From assembly GCF_006345805.1 (NCBI RefSeq), contig NC_042997.1, forward strand, positions 34,782,001-34,846,000: DNA of 64,000 nt, read 5' to 3'. The notes beneath the pieces were generated by a model. The model searched no databases and was not told the origin of the DNA. It was given only the letters and a program-made list of their open reading frames with translations. A program made the translations under genes and the position numbers. Shown piece by piece: positions 13,950 to 27,412 of the stretch. Source of the DNA: Octopus sinensis. Lineage: Eukaryota. The stretch's first letter is position 1, and every line of letters begins with the position of its first letter.

Positions 13950-14450
13950 CATTTTTTAATTTATTAGTCTTTTTATCAACTACCAAATCTAAGGCTAGAG
14001 GACAGTGTCTGTTTAGAATGGATAGACGGCGTGAGTTTATAGTTGGGTATGGGCAAAATTATTGTCAGGATTTTGGAAATGTTTAAGTAATTGCCTACAA
14101 AGGAGGCTGGATAGGGTAAGACCCTAAACCAAGATATTAACGACAAGTTAAATAGGCAAGACGCTAAAATTACCTATGATGTTCATACAGAGGAAATTAT
14201 CATGGAGTACAATGGAGGATTGTATATAAACAATATTGTTATATTGTATGAAGATAAAATTTAAGATTACTAAAATTATATTATAACCAGAATAGATAAA
14301 CTGTGTATATATACCACTTTTCAACATTAGAAAGGGAAGATTACATAGAATTAGTCTAATATTCATTCCTATACTCAATTATTTACTCATAAGGTGGTTT
14401 CTATGAAGATTGCTCTGGGTATTTACTCATGGAATAAATCATGCTAGTTT
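13950..14450 (-). pseudogene. Degraded Penelope-like element fragment
   Basis: Minus-strand peptides SGYNIIL (about 14285) and, across a frameshift, NIV-YNPPLYSM (about 14200-14235) resemble the PLE motifs SGY and RNIIWFNPPYS. Confidence 0.45.
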
Positions 14451-15677
14451 TATATTAATTGTAAGCTAAGAATAAGAAAAAAGATGAAAAAATAAGTTGT
14501 GCACAAATACGTACACATATTAAACTATGTGCACACATGCAGACATACATAAACATTTGTACTTTATTATGGCTATGTTATAATCAACTCTTCTAGACCT
14601 AAGTAATTAGAAAGTTTATATTTCGCTTTAAGAACATTAATAAGAGGTTAATAGGTATAGGTATCAAAACAAATGAACACAATAAGAAATTATAGAGAAT
14701 ACTCAGAAAACATATATATAACTTATTGTATATCATACTAGGGGGGTAAGTTCACATCATATACGACATTAAAATTAAATACCTTCATCGGGGTTTAAGT
14801 GCAGCACCTATAAACTCCAACTTCGAAAATATTGAAATGACCGAGTGACTCTTTGTACGCATAATACCATTAGGTCTAATCTATTATTAACCATGTTACT
14901 CTTGTCCCTATACGTACAATTTCATAAGTTTTCATAGAGCACAGAGCTCAGTATTTTAAATTCAACTGTACCCGTATATGCATGTATATACAAATATATG
15001 TATGTATGTAAAGAGAGATGCAATTATACACATAGTTGGAACAACGCAAGCGCACAACAGACTGTGTTGTTAGATACAACATCTACTCTATATATAACCG
15101 TTATGTGGGCGCATTTTTTGAACTTTCTGCGATGATTACGTATCTGGACAAAACAGTTTTAAAGCAATCGAATTTACTGTGAATTGTGCTCATGAGCTGC
15201 AAGAAACTTGAGCGTTTTGCTTAGTCGGATTTATCTTACACGATGTAAACACATAATAAGCAGGAAATAAGCACAGATTCGCACTCACAAAACAAAATTA
15301 CATCGCATATATGCTAAAATATTTGGGATGAAAATGCATTTTTTATACTCGCCATAAATTGAGGAATTGTTGATTAATATCATAAATATTAGTTTCGAAG
15401 AGAAAATAAGAAGCTAAAGAGGATGACGTAGTAGGCCTGTACCATAGATATCTCTAGAGCCGGTTGATTTTCTTAACCAAGTCATTACACAGTCTCTCTC
15501 TGAATTGCTTTCACTAGTTGTCATATCATTATATATATACAAGCGTCTATGTTTAGCATATAGGGTGTCCATTTAGTGTCCTTTCTCTTAATTTTGCTTG
15601 TAACACAACTTTTAATCTTCAGATATTTAAATATGCCAAGCCACTAGTTTTAATTGATTAATATCAATTTCTACACT

Positions 15678-15721
<44 letters not shown>

Positions 15722-15722
<1 letters not shown>

Positions 15723-16020
15723 AGATAAAACTTACTTCGAAATGGATGCGTGGCGTTCAATCATATAATAATAGTATATAAATATATATATATGCATACA
15801 TGCACATATATATGTACATACATATATTTGTATATACATGCATATATGAGTACACGGGATATAAATAACATAATATAAACATAAATATGAGAAAACAACA
15901 TGAAATACAAAATACCAAAACATGGAATATGAAATTTTTTTCGAACAACGAAAGAGAGAAAAGTGAAGCAAGACAAGTAACACGAAAAAACGACCCTTCA
16001 TCAGTTCGAATACTTCATGT
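15722..16020 (-). repeat. Dispersed repeat family R1 with internal (TA)/(TG) tract
   Basis: Homologous to 27090-27414; shared end GAT(T/C)GAACGCCACGC...AGTAAGTTTTATCT followed by a microsatellite. Confidence 0.75.
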
Positions 16021-16157
16021 TGTTTTCGTATTTTGTTTGTTTTATGTTGGTTACGTTCCGTGGTGTCCTGTGCATGTATATACAAATTATGTATGTACAT
16101 ATATATGTGGATGTATGCATATATATTTATATATTATTTATATAAATATATATATAT

Positions 16158-16254
<97 letters not shown>

Positions 16255-16898
16255 ATATACACATATATATACACACACACATATGTGTGTGTATTTGTGC
16301 GTGCAGTGTGCATGTGTGTGTGCGCGTGCGATTTAGTGGGTACCTATGTGTAATAAAATCAACTATATTATGCACTGCTTTTTTGCTTTAGGTTTGAAAT
16401 ATTCAATGTTCATGCTAGAATTCTTCGTAGCAATTGGTTTATAGTTTGCTTGTAGGTCATGAAAATTAATGATTGCAACTTGTGTCTAGGATATGGAAAG
16501 TATTTGCAACATACAGAGAAGTGTATATCCACGAAACGAAAGGAGAGGCGACTAGAACCACTGAAATTCTGAATAACAGATATGTCAAAAAAATAATCTC
16601 TTCGTTTCATAACGGAATGTAAAGTTATAAATCACTGGTCACCTATAAAACCAAGACCTTCTATGGCGAGTCCACTTCACATGGAGGACCGCTGGAAGTA
16701 GTGAGTAAAAGCAGCAGAAAATACCACTTTGTTTTATGGCTTAAGTAGTTCCTTGTCATTCTCTGCTCGTTGCAGAGTTCGTAATATTACAGAAAAAATG
16801 TAAATGAATACAGAAAATTCCTCAAAGCAATATGATAAAATTCCCGGTAAAGATCTGATCCAATACTTTGAAATCTATATATGTATATATAGATGTAT

Positions 16899-17145
16899 GG
16901 AGGCGCGTGGCTTAGTGGTTAAGGTATCAGCACCATGATCGGAAGATTGTGGTTTCGATTCCTGAACCGGGCGACGCGTTGTGTTCTTGAACAAAACACT
17001 TCATTTCACGTTTCTCCAGTCCACTCAGTTGGAGTAACGCTGCGATGGACTGGCGTCCTGTCCAGCTGAGGAAGACATACGTCACTGAAATCGGGAAACC
17101 GGGCCCATGAGCCTGGTTAGGTTTTAAAAGGGCGCAGTTATTTTA
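16899..17145 (+). mobile_element. tRNA-derived SINE, family D (V-domain-like core)
   Basis: A-box TGGCTTAGTGG, B-box GGTTTCGATTCC, central CTGCGATGGACTGGCGTCCTGTCCAG resembling V-SINE cores, (TTTTA)n tail. Confidence 0.75.
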
Positions 17146-18452
17146 TTTTATATATAGATGTAACGTGGGTGTAAAAAAAAATAAATGAAAAATCTTTGGC
17201 TTCAATACTAAATTGAGAAAAGTTGACGGAGCTACTACTGGAAACATCAATGCCATCTATAAGTAAAGTTACTAGAGACAGTTTGCGAACAAATCGGAGA
17301 AGGAGAGGAGAAACAAGCCGGATAATATTCTTGAAGCGAAGAGATAAAGAAAATCTAAAACAGATAAAATAGCATTGAAAATCCAAAGCAAGGACTTCTG
17401 AAACACAAAGGGAAACCTACTATTTCACGTAAGTCAGCAGCCATTAATTATTGCTAAAAATACGTTAATAGAAGTATGCACAATGGTTTTAATAATATAG
17501 ATATCATTGGTAGAATGGTAGAATGCCAGTCGTATCTACAGTTGTTTAGGTTCTTTCGATGTTCTCTATCCCAAGGGATTTTCAGCTAAATGTTTATACG
17601 TTCTATATTTATGGCATCCTGTGCCTCAAAATCTAGTGTTCTAGGAAGGAATTTACCATCGAAACTTTCATTAATGATGCCAGGCCATCTTAAAGATTAT
17701 CATTGAGGTGATTACTTCATAATAATGCTTTAATTTTTTTACTACAGCGTTTAAGTACAAGAATCTACTCTATAAGTTATTTGTTCGTTAAAATGAACCG
17801 AAAGCCATTTTCTATAGAAGAGAATAAAACATGTGAGTGGATGTTTACCAAAAGGATAGTTACGATTGAGAAAACATGTTCACTTCAAGAATACATATCT
17901 TTAAAGTGGTAGCTAAACGAATGAAAGTAGTGGCAGAAAAGGAAAAAGAAATGGAAAATATGAGAACAGAGAAAAAGAAGAGACAAGAGATTATTTGCAG
18001 TTTGGACACAACTCTCCAATTATGTATTTCAAATATTCATTTTAAAACGGCCATTTACTAATGTATTGTGCATCATTAGAATGAGTACAAGCTTTGAAAA
18101 TAAAATAAAATGGAAAGAATTATCCCGAAGCTTAAATTCCATTATGCAAATCTTAATCTTTATAGTTTGTTTGTCCGTAAAGTTCTATGATGTATTACGT
18201 GTGAATCGTATGATTGCAGTCATTTAGGGCATAAGGTAGAAAGGAATTTTAAAAAATGTTTTTCTATTTGTGAAAAAAAAAATCACTTGTTTGTGTAAGA
18301 GCAGAATTATACACAGTTACAAATACGTAAGTATTTTATAAGTTAAGTCGAACAGTTGAGCATATGTATAACAGAATGTCATATCCGAGAAAGTCGTTTC
18401 TGCAATTTTTTGCTGGACAAACCGCACAGATGTTATTGTTTTATAGTAATCA

Positions 18453-18500
<48 letters not shown>

Positions 18501-18676
18501 TGGCCTTAGTTTTCCATGTGTATCTGTCTACCAGAAAGAAAATGTGTCCGGTATGTGCAAACACACACGCGCGCCCTCCCGCACGTATGTTCACATAAAT
18601 TTATGGATATAAGTATAACGTTCGATATTATATTCAAATGGTCACTGTTTTAACTGTACTTATATATCAAGTATAT

Positions 18677-18708
<32 letters not shown>

Positions 18709-18781
18709 ATGTCTGAAATCTGGTTGTTTCACATCTTTCCACTTTGTTACACATAAGTATTTCCGATGTAAAAACACTATA

Positions 18782-19560
18782 TTGAGTCATTTCATAAACA
18801 ATGCGGTTTTTTCAGTTCGCAGGGTGACGGGATAAACTACCTGCATCAACTTACTATAAAAGCAGGTAGTAGTTTTACCTTTTCCTTATTTTTAGTGCAA
18901 GTTTTGAAGAGTGCAGTTCGATTTTAACAGCTCACGAATGAACCTTTTTTGGATCGAATAGTGACAGTTGGTAAGTCAAAGAGAAACACCGGCACACCAC
19001 TCTAAAGAAGGTCTTCATCCACGTAAAACGTTGTTATGTGTTTGGTGGGATATGAAAGGTTTAGTCCTCTTTGAACCCAAAACAAACGATGACAAAGATC
19101 TACTACGAGCAGCTTCAGCGACTTTTCCAGCGCTAGAAGAAAAACGACAATCTTCAGTTTCAAGACGAAAGGTATTCTTCCATCAGGATGATGCTCGGTT
19201 ACATACAAAAAAGATCATATTCTTAAGGCTGGAGCTGTTTGAATGGGAAACGATGCTCCACCCATCATATTCGCCGGACATTTCTCCATCTGATTATTAT
19301 TTATTCCGCACTCTTGAAAATCATTTGGGCGGAAAAGATACGAAATCTGTAGAGGAGGTCAGAATAGTACCGGAGAATTGTTTTTCGTCACGAACAAGTA
19401 AACTTTGGAAGAGGAGCCTTGCAAGTCAACCACATAGATGGAAGGGCATTGTAGAAAATGAAGGAAAGTATATTTTAGATGAAAGAAGAACTTTGTTTAT
19501 CTTAATTTTGAAAAATAAATGAAGTATAAGAAAATCGCATTATTTCTAGAATGACCCATT
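18782..19560 (+). mobile_element. Internally deleted mariner transposon
   Basis: Imperfect TIRs (TTGAGTCATTTCATAAACAATGCG / CGCATTATTTCTAGAATGACCCATT), TA on both flanks, transposase remnant inside. Confidence 0.92.
18968..19522 (+). pseudogene. Mariner transposase C-terminal remnant
   Basis: Motifs GLHPRKTLLCVWWD, HQDDARLH and HPSYSPDISPSDYYLF; N-terminus and part of the catalytic domain are missing. Confidence 0.9.
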
Positions 19561-19981
19561 TAAACAAGATGATCCACATTTTCTTTTTAATGTTGTGTAC
19601 ATTTAAATCTTATTTGATATTACCGAAACTTGTAAACAAACAGCGAATCGTTTTAAAATGTTTTTGTCATTCATAATTTAAATCTTTTACCATTGATACA
19701 CAAAAAGTATTGTTCAAACTAATTTGGTATGTTTGTACAAAAATTCATTTTAAAAGAATTAAAAGGTTTTCAAATTTAGGTGCATTTTCAACGACATATT
19801 TTCATATATATATATATATATGATTCAAATGAAATAAAATATAATATATATATATAATATATCAATATGATTATGTTGTTGCATCTTGGGATAGTCATTT
19901 TTCTTTTTGCCAAATGAACACATGCACTAAATATTCGTTCTTCCCTCGTTTATTACTGTTTTTATTCTAACTCATGTTCAT

Positions 19982-20026
19982 TGTCCTAAAATCTTTCGTC
20001 ACACATCTGTGACCTCATCAGTGACA
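19982..20026 (-). ncRNA. Type-I hammerhead ribozyme-like motif with intact core
   Basis: UGUCA-CUGAUGA-G-GUCACA(GAUG)UGUGAC-GAAA-GAUUUUA-GGACA; perfect 6-bp stem II, 4-bp stem I with an A.G mismatch next to the core. Confidence 0.6.
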
Positions 20027-20899
20027 CTTTCCGTTTTCGCGTGTTCTCTTGCTCCACTTATTTCATTCTGATCTTCTATGATTTGTATCCTTATATGCGC
20101 ATGCGTTTGCGTCCGTGTTTTTGTGTGTGTGTACATATGTGTGTGTGTGCGCATGTTTGTGTTTCATTGTTCTGAACCGCTCTATGACCTACTCCTCAGC
20201 CCCATCCCTACCCGTTTTCGATGCTGCTGCTCTAGGACCCGAGATTTGGTACAGTTCCTGTGTCACTCTGTGTGTGTGTTCGCCCATCGTGGTTGTTCTT
20301 GTTATTGCTATCGCTGTCACTGCTGTTGTTGTTGTCGTTGTTATTCGTGTTCTTGATATTGTTGCTGCCGTCACTGAAGCTATCGTTTGTGTGTCTGTGT
20401 GTGTATACGGGTTCACTTCTTATTTTGATTTTATTCGCGCTCTTCATATACATATTTAAAAATAATTACTGTATATTTAACATGAACTTTAAAAATATGT
20501 GAAATTTGAAAGCGAATTAAGTATATATACTTAAGCAGTATACTAACTTCATTATAAAAAAAATATGTAAGAACTATAAAATAGCAAACAATAATATAAT
20601 GGAATGTATCGATGTTTTAAAACTAATACTCATGACACCTTACTTGACTCGAACTAAATTAAAAATTGCACTATGTACATCAGTTATCTATCCATCCTAG
20701 ATTTTTAATAGACAAACGAGTAAATTTTTAATGATAAAGCCCAACGCTACAACGAGGTTTTACAAAGAAATGGTTGTAAAGAATAAGATTAAGATTAAGA
20801 ACATTACTCCGAAGGAAAATGGGAGCTGTACAGAAGGATCGATAATTCTTATAAAAGTAAAAATAGTAGTAAGACTCTTTATAACCATTTTATTTACCG

Positions 20900-22020
20900 T
20901 CTAATAAATAAAAGCAACATAAAAAGTAAAACTATTATACTTAGGACTAAACCTCCGGTAAAAGATCAAAATTGTGTAGCTAAATAAACAAAATTTCCCT
21001 CTCAGTAAGCTACTACAGACACAACTGAGTGCAAGTAATATAACAAATGTGTTAAACCCCACGATCCAGAACAGGAAAACAACAAATATGATCCTGAAAA
21101 TTATTCTGCTTATAAAAATATTTTTTTTTAAATGTAGAATATTCTTCATTCTTACAACGTACTAAAACAAACATTAGAAACCAGATATCTAAAACAGAGG
21201 ATATATATATATATATATTTACAAGCCGCTGTTTCTTCTAATTCCAATATTGAAATCTCTCCTAAATCCATTGAAAGCCATAAAATGATAAATTCTCTAA
21301 ATTATTCACATTTCGTTGTAGATAAGAACACTGGGAAAAGGCATACAACCTGGTATAGTGTTCCTTGCGCAAAACAAAACTCCGCTACTAACATCCCTAA
21401 TGTCTCTGATAATGTTCTATTGAAGAACTTTTCTTTTAACCATAAATAGCAGGGCATCTTCGTATACACGGTAAAATTTCTGCAACACTGAATCTAGCAG
21501 ATAACATCGAATACTGAAACATCTCAAAAATTCAAATACATAAAGAAAATCCTCAGAACTGAATGTGACACAGACTCTCTCATATATAAACCAACACAGA
21601 CACTAATCTAGACCGAAATCTTACCCCTCAACCAATGACAGAATTGAACTGAGAAGATAAATCCTTGAATATCTAACAGCAAGAGTATAATACTAATAGT
21701 AATAATTAATCAAATATATCAAACATGACGCATCATAACCCTAGCTATTCAATAAACAACAACACCTCAATTTGCTGTATATATAAATATACATAGAATT
21801 TTAAACATCCTGCCAAAGAGCAGAATAAGTTTTCATATATACTCTAATACTAAGATTATCCACTGTAGCAGTTGCAAAACCCCAACAAACGCTCAAATAC
21901 AGGAGAATATAATTAGCAATAAGACAAATTCAACTACTCAATAATCTCTAGAAATGTTCAACTCAAAGCTCATGTCTGTAACAGTAGACTCCCACTAATT
22001 CTCCTCTTAATGGTAATGAA
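20900..22020 (+). pseudogene. Degraded Penelope-like element ORF (RT-endonuclease linker region)
   Basis: From 21339, RHTTWYSVP...ATNIP...LLKNFSFNHK*QGIFVYTVK resembles RNIIWFNPP...TNIG...KHFP.NHKLHKIF...TVK; at 21977, CNSR..(fs)..NSPLNGN resembles CNCR..CPLNGNC. The 5' boundary is uncertain. Confidence 0.6.
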
Positions 22021-22689
22021 TGGTAATTAATTAAGCAATGTTATATGCAAATTTATTGTAACAACGCTAGCTTACTATATTAATATTACATCGGTTCTAC
22101 ATCAAGTGAATTTAAATGTTTCTAAACCATGAATAGACATACCTTTAACTAGAGAAAAGTTGCTAGCGGAGAATATATGGGATCTAAAATTCTAAAGGTG
22201 TTAGTTTAGCCTGCAATGTATTATCACAGCAATCTACCCCCATAGCTAGAAGTAAAACATATTAGAGGCTTTGTCAAAGGAACAATTTAAAATAATCTTG
22301 GAAGATAAAATGTTACTTAATCATAGATGCTGGGGCAAGACACCATCGAAGCATTGTTTTCTAAAACATCCCATTTTTATCGTAAAAACTGCAGGTAAAT
22401 AGATTGTCAGACTTGAAATCAAGTATAAGACAGTGGTCTAGTGGTTGAAGCTATATCTCTGATGGACCGTATACATAGCTAACATGGCTTTCCTATTTTC
22501 CTATTTTATCTGAAAAAAAAATTAAAATGACATATCTAAGAAACGTAAACTTGCAATAACAAAAACTCAGTTGCCGGAACGTAAATAACCTACATAGTAT
22601 GATTCGAATAGTTTCATTAAAGCATTACTTTTATCTTTTACATTTTAAATATTCCAGTCAGCGGATTGTATCCTGCTGGTGCACCACCT

Positions 22690-22805
22690 TGATTTGTTTA
22701 TCAGAGCTTATTTTTTAAGCTTCGGCAGTTATTCCCTGGTCAAAAAACGTAAACAAAGGAACACCAGTTGCCAAGCGGTGATGATGGGCCAAGTTAAAGA
22801 CACAC
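22690..22805 (-). mobile_element. Old SINE family A fragment
   Basis: ACGTAAACAAAGGAACACCAGTTGCCAAGCGGTG matches the family A 3' body. Confidence 0.5.
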
Positions 22806-22848
22806 ACACGTGTGTGCGTGTGTATGAATAAATAAATAAATAAATATA

Positions 22849-22903
<55 letters not shown>

Positions 22904-23180
22904 AAAATACAACTTAATAAATATTAATGCTGGTTCGGAGAAAATTATAATTCTAATTCTTACCGTAGTTTATATGTATGTATGTATGTATGTATGTATA
23001 TGTGTGCTTATACATATATATGAATATGCATACACACACACGCGCATACACACATGCATATACATATATATATATATGTATATATATGTATATGACTGCA
23101 TATTTGATTGTTTATCTGTATATATGTGTATGCATTTACTCACTGCACGCACACGCACTCGCACAAACATATATACACCC

Positions 23181-23251
<71 letters not shown>

Positions 23252-23544
23252 CATATATATATATACATATATATATATATATTTAATGTAGGATAATTTT
23301 TTTTCGAAAAAAGAAACTTATCAATGGCCAGCATATTAAAAAATACCTTTTAAAGGTTAAATTTATAAACAACTAATGCCAAATATGCCGAAATTAGACA
23401 CCCTGTCCATAACCATATAAATATAAGGACCCTCCCTTCGTCAGTGATAAATGTGGCAAAGAAATAAATGAGATACTTACTCATACCCATGGAAGAAGCA
23501 AACACTAAGTCATGAGCACAATTAAGTACCCCAAATATATCCAA

Positions 23545-23578
<34 letters not shown>

Positions 23579-23607
23579 ATGTATATATATATATATATAT
23601 ATATATC

Positions 23608-23638
<31 letters not shown>

Positions 23639-23639
<1 letters not shown>

Positions 23640-23883
23640 CTGTATATATAAAAGGCAGGATGTCTGTGTGTTTTCGTGAATATAGTTTATGACCGTCCAG
23701 AAATTCGCACGCATATCGCTCCAATTTTAAGACATTCGTGACGATCCTAGCTGTATTTTTGTCAAATTATTTCTCCCGAGGCACCCGCGGGCAGCGGTAA
23801 AATCGATTTTCAACCTTAACTTTTACCAATTTCGAAGTTTACTAACATGAGTGAAGCCCCTTCTTGCCATAGCGAAGTGAAAA

Positions 23884-23918
<35 letters not shown>

Positions 23919-25527
23919 AGTTGTGTTGATGTATGTGTGTGAGGAAGAGAGAAGTTGTGTGTTGATGTATGTGTGTGGGTGTGTGTATGTGAAGGAGAGA
24001 GAGAGTGTGACAGCGTTCACCAAAAATAAAAATGTAAAATGTTTATTTGTCTTAAACACGAGATATAGTATTCAAATTCAGGATAGTTTTGAAAGACACT
24101 ATATTTTATAATCACATTATATATACTTTCTCACACAAAAATCAAAATTTATTTTAAATCGTTCATCTCCCCTCTCTCTCACATTCACATTACTTTGGAC
24201 GCGAAAGTGTTTTGTTTTTATTTTACGCCGAGAAAAAATTGTTTTGTTGACGATTCATTTATTTAACGACATAGAAACGATGAGGTAGGTAACAATTTGT
24301 TAGTGAATTACATAATATAAACGGGTAAAATTCCCGAGGCTCCGCCACACGCCACCCCTTTTCTCGGACCACAAAAAGGGTTTTGTAGCATATTAGGAGG
24401 CCAGGGTAGTTGATTCCACGCAAAAATTTTTTTTCTTATTGAAAATTTTGCGAGTGTTATCTAGAAATTTGCCTGGAGGTTTTCATGGTAACTTTGAGAT
24501 TAAAAACAAATGTTTTCCATATTCTTAATCTCCGTATTTTTCCACGTACATTGAAAAATAGATGGTGAAAAGATCAATGGGTGTGTGTGTGGGGGGGGGG
24601 AGGGGTGAAATCTACGAGGCTTCCATCACACCCCGTTTTTCGAACCACAAAAGGGTTTTGTAGCATATTAGGAAGCCTAGGTTGTTGACTCCACGCAAAA
24701 AATCCGATTTCTTTTATCTTAGTGAAAATCGATTGACCAGACCTCTGACCCCCAAGACATCGTCAGTTACCTTATCGAGTTTTTCAACTTATTGGATACA
24801 GCAGGGCCTCCACCTCACATTCTTGGGCTAAGGGTTGGATGCCCAATTATGCTCATCAGGAACTTGCTTCCGCCTAAACAGTACAATGGGACCCGCTTAG
24901 TAATCAAGTCCCTGACGCCCCACTTGACTGAGGCCACCATTGTTACATGGTGCGGGAGGGGTAAAAATGCTTTCATTTCAAGGATGGAGCTTTATTCTTT
25001 GGGGTCAGACAAGTCATTTAACTTCCGCAGATCGCAGTTCCCTGTAAGACCATGCTTCGCCATGTCCATCAACCCCAAGGCCAAACACTATCAGTGGCAG
25101 GCATTCATTTGAGGTTTTCCATTCAATCAGGATAAAAAATTGATAAACCGATCCCTTTTACGATTTCCTACTAAAATTGGCTACACTGCATTTTCAACCA
25201 TAACTTCTACCAATTTTGACATATTTTGCTTAAACTTGATACCAGCATTACTTAGGACTCATGGTATCTTTGAATGCCTTAAGTTCACAAACAAAAAATA
25301 ATGAAAAAAAAAGAAAACAATCGATGAGTGGAAATAATCGATAAACCGATTGCTTATGAGATTTCCTAATCAAATTTCCTGCAACCCATTTTCAGCCAAG
25401 CGTTTCTCAATTTCAAAGGATTTCGCTCAAATTTGATGTCGGTGTCACTTATTTTGGTTTGAAATAAAGCACTTGATCACTTAATAATCCTAACTTAATC
25501 CCGGGCAACGCCGGTATATACTCTTAG
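23639..25527 (+). mobile_element. Deleted Helitron with helicase remnant
   Basis: 5' TCTGTATATATAAAAGG; 3' CCCGGGCAACGCCGG hairpin followed by CTTAG|T; internal about 100-bp direct repeats (about 24320 and 24605) and a PIF1-like coding remnant. Confidence 0.85.
24740..25112 (+). pseudogene. Helitron RepHel PIF1-type helicase C-terminal fragment
   Basis: EFFNLLDTAGPPPHILGLRVGCPIMLIRNL...NGTRLVIK...RRSQFPVRPCFAMSIN, then after a frameshift QGQTLSVAGIHL. Confidence 0.9.
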
Positions 25528-26205
25528 TGTATGTATGTATGTATGTATATATATATCGGCACGTATGTATACTCAAAACTGGTTTAAGCGTCCATATACG
25601 CGTCTGTGTGAGCATGGTCTGCCTCTGTTGGTATGTATAGCGGTATTTATTGTGTATGTGTAAATATATATGTATATATCTATACCACTGTATATATGTA
25701 TATACGTGAGCAGTTGTATACGAACACACAGGTATGTGTAAATTTTATTATGACCACGTGTAACCGTACCCACTAAACTTAAGTAGCATCAAAGAAACAT
25801 AATTGGTAAAAAGACCCAATAAAACTATTAATCAAAATATGGTCTCTTATCTCTGCCAGCCGTCTCACTAGCAACATTTTTCTCTCCTGTCTACCTTCCA
25901 CTACTTTTCTATTTTTATGTATATTTTCCTCATATGATATCAAATATAAAGTTCTTGGCATAGTTAATTGAATACAGTTGCTTCCTTCACCACGGTAGTT
26001 GGATCTATCGAAATCTTTTCAATCTAATAAGGTTATGTAAGAATTTCACACGTCGTTGGCGACTCAGCAATAACGTTTCACTATGCAATTTACATGATGC
26101 TACTTATAATCGCAAGTGTTAATGAACTGTACATAAGATGATGTAAATGATGTATGTAAGTATCTTGTGAAAAATCTCTTATGTTTGGTGCTATTGTTAT
26201 TGTTA

Positions 26206-26270
<65 letters not shown>

Positions 26271-26344
26271 GTGTGTGTGTGTGTAGTATGTATGTATTTA
26301 TGTATGTATGTGTGTGTGTGTGTGTATGTATATGCATGTATATA

Positions 26345-26746
26345 CAGTTTTTAGTTACAGCTGTTTCAGGAATAGGCGCGCGACTGGGAAGCAAGGTTCT
26401 GACTACACAGCCACACTTGTAACTAAATAGGAAAGATTCGGGGAATTAATTACAAGGTAGCTAAATTTTGCTTAGATGTATATATATATATGTGTATAGG
26501 AAAAATTGAAAAAGGAGTTAACAGTCATTTCAATTGTTCCTATTTTCTCTTAAATACGACTTACTTATCCTGGAATCAAATCACACACAATAGTGATCAT
26601 TGTTTCTTAAGACATCTAAGCAACATTTAGCCACCTTGTAATTATTTCCCTGAATCTTTCCTATTTAGTTACAAGTGTGGCTGTGTAGCCAGAACCTTGC
26701 TTCCCAGTCGCGCGCCTATTCCTGAAACAGCTGTAACTAAAAACTG
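26345..26746. mobile_element. MITE-like element with about 135-bp TIRs and TA flanks
   Basis: 26343-26479 versus the reverse complement of 26612-26748: 5 mismatches in 137 bp; termini TA|CAGT...ACTG|TA. Confidence 0.75.
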
Positions 26747-27089
26747 TAAATCTCTCTCGTTTCTTTCAGTTACAACATTATACTTGCTATGAGTATCTCC
26801 TTCCTGCCAAAACTTCGTTGTATTCATAACATAACCTTATTTTCTTCCTCTTCCTGGAGTCTCTCTCTCTATATATATATATGCATCACAACTACTATGA
26901 CTATACTAATGCTGAGTTGTTATTGATCTCCTGTCATTTATATTTCTTTATGTATTTGTTTTTCTCCAAATGTAGTATGAATATAAATGTCATAATCTAA
27001 ACCGATACCTTTTCTTTGCTCGTCTATTTTTTTTATTCTATTACACAAACAAAGCGCACACGCACACACGCATTCACACACACATTTTC

Positions 27090-27412
27090 GAAATGCGGAG
27101 TTGATGAAAGAGGGACAATTGATGAAGGAAATGTTCTTCCTGTTGCATGTCTCGGTTCTCTGTTTTTTTCGTTGTACGAAAAAAGTTCGTATTCTATGTT
27201 TTTGTTTTTATGTTTTCGTTTCTCATTGTGTCTACATTTTTATGTCTTGTACCCATATATGCATATATATATATACATACATACACATATATATATGTAT
27301 ATATATATATATATATGTAGGTATATACATACTTGTATGTATATTTGCATATATTTATATATCATTATATTATGATATGATCGAACGCCACGCGTCCTTT
27401 TCCGAGTAAGTT

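Noticed and set aside
17818-17832. Possible 15-nt microexon (TTTTCTATAG|...|GTGAGT)
   Set aside because: Weak pyrimidine tract and no host gene; such matches arise by chance in 64 kb.
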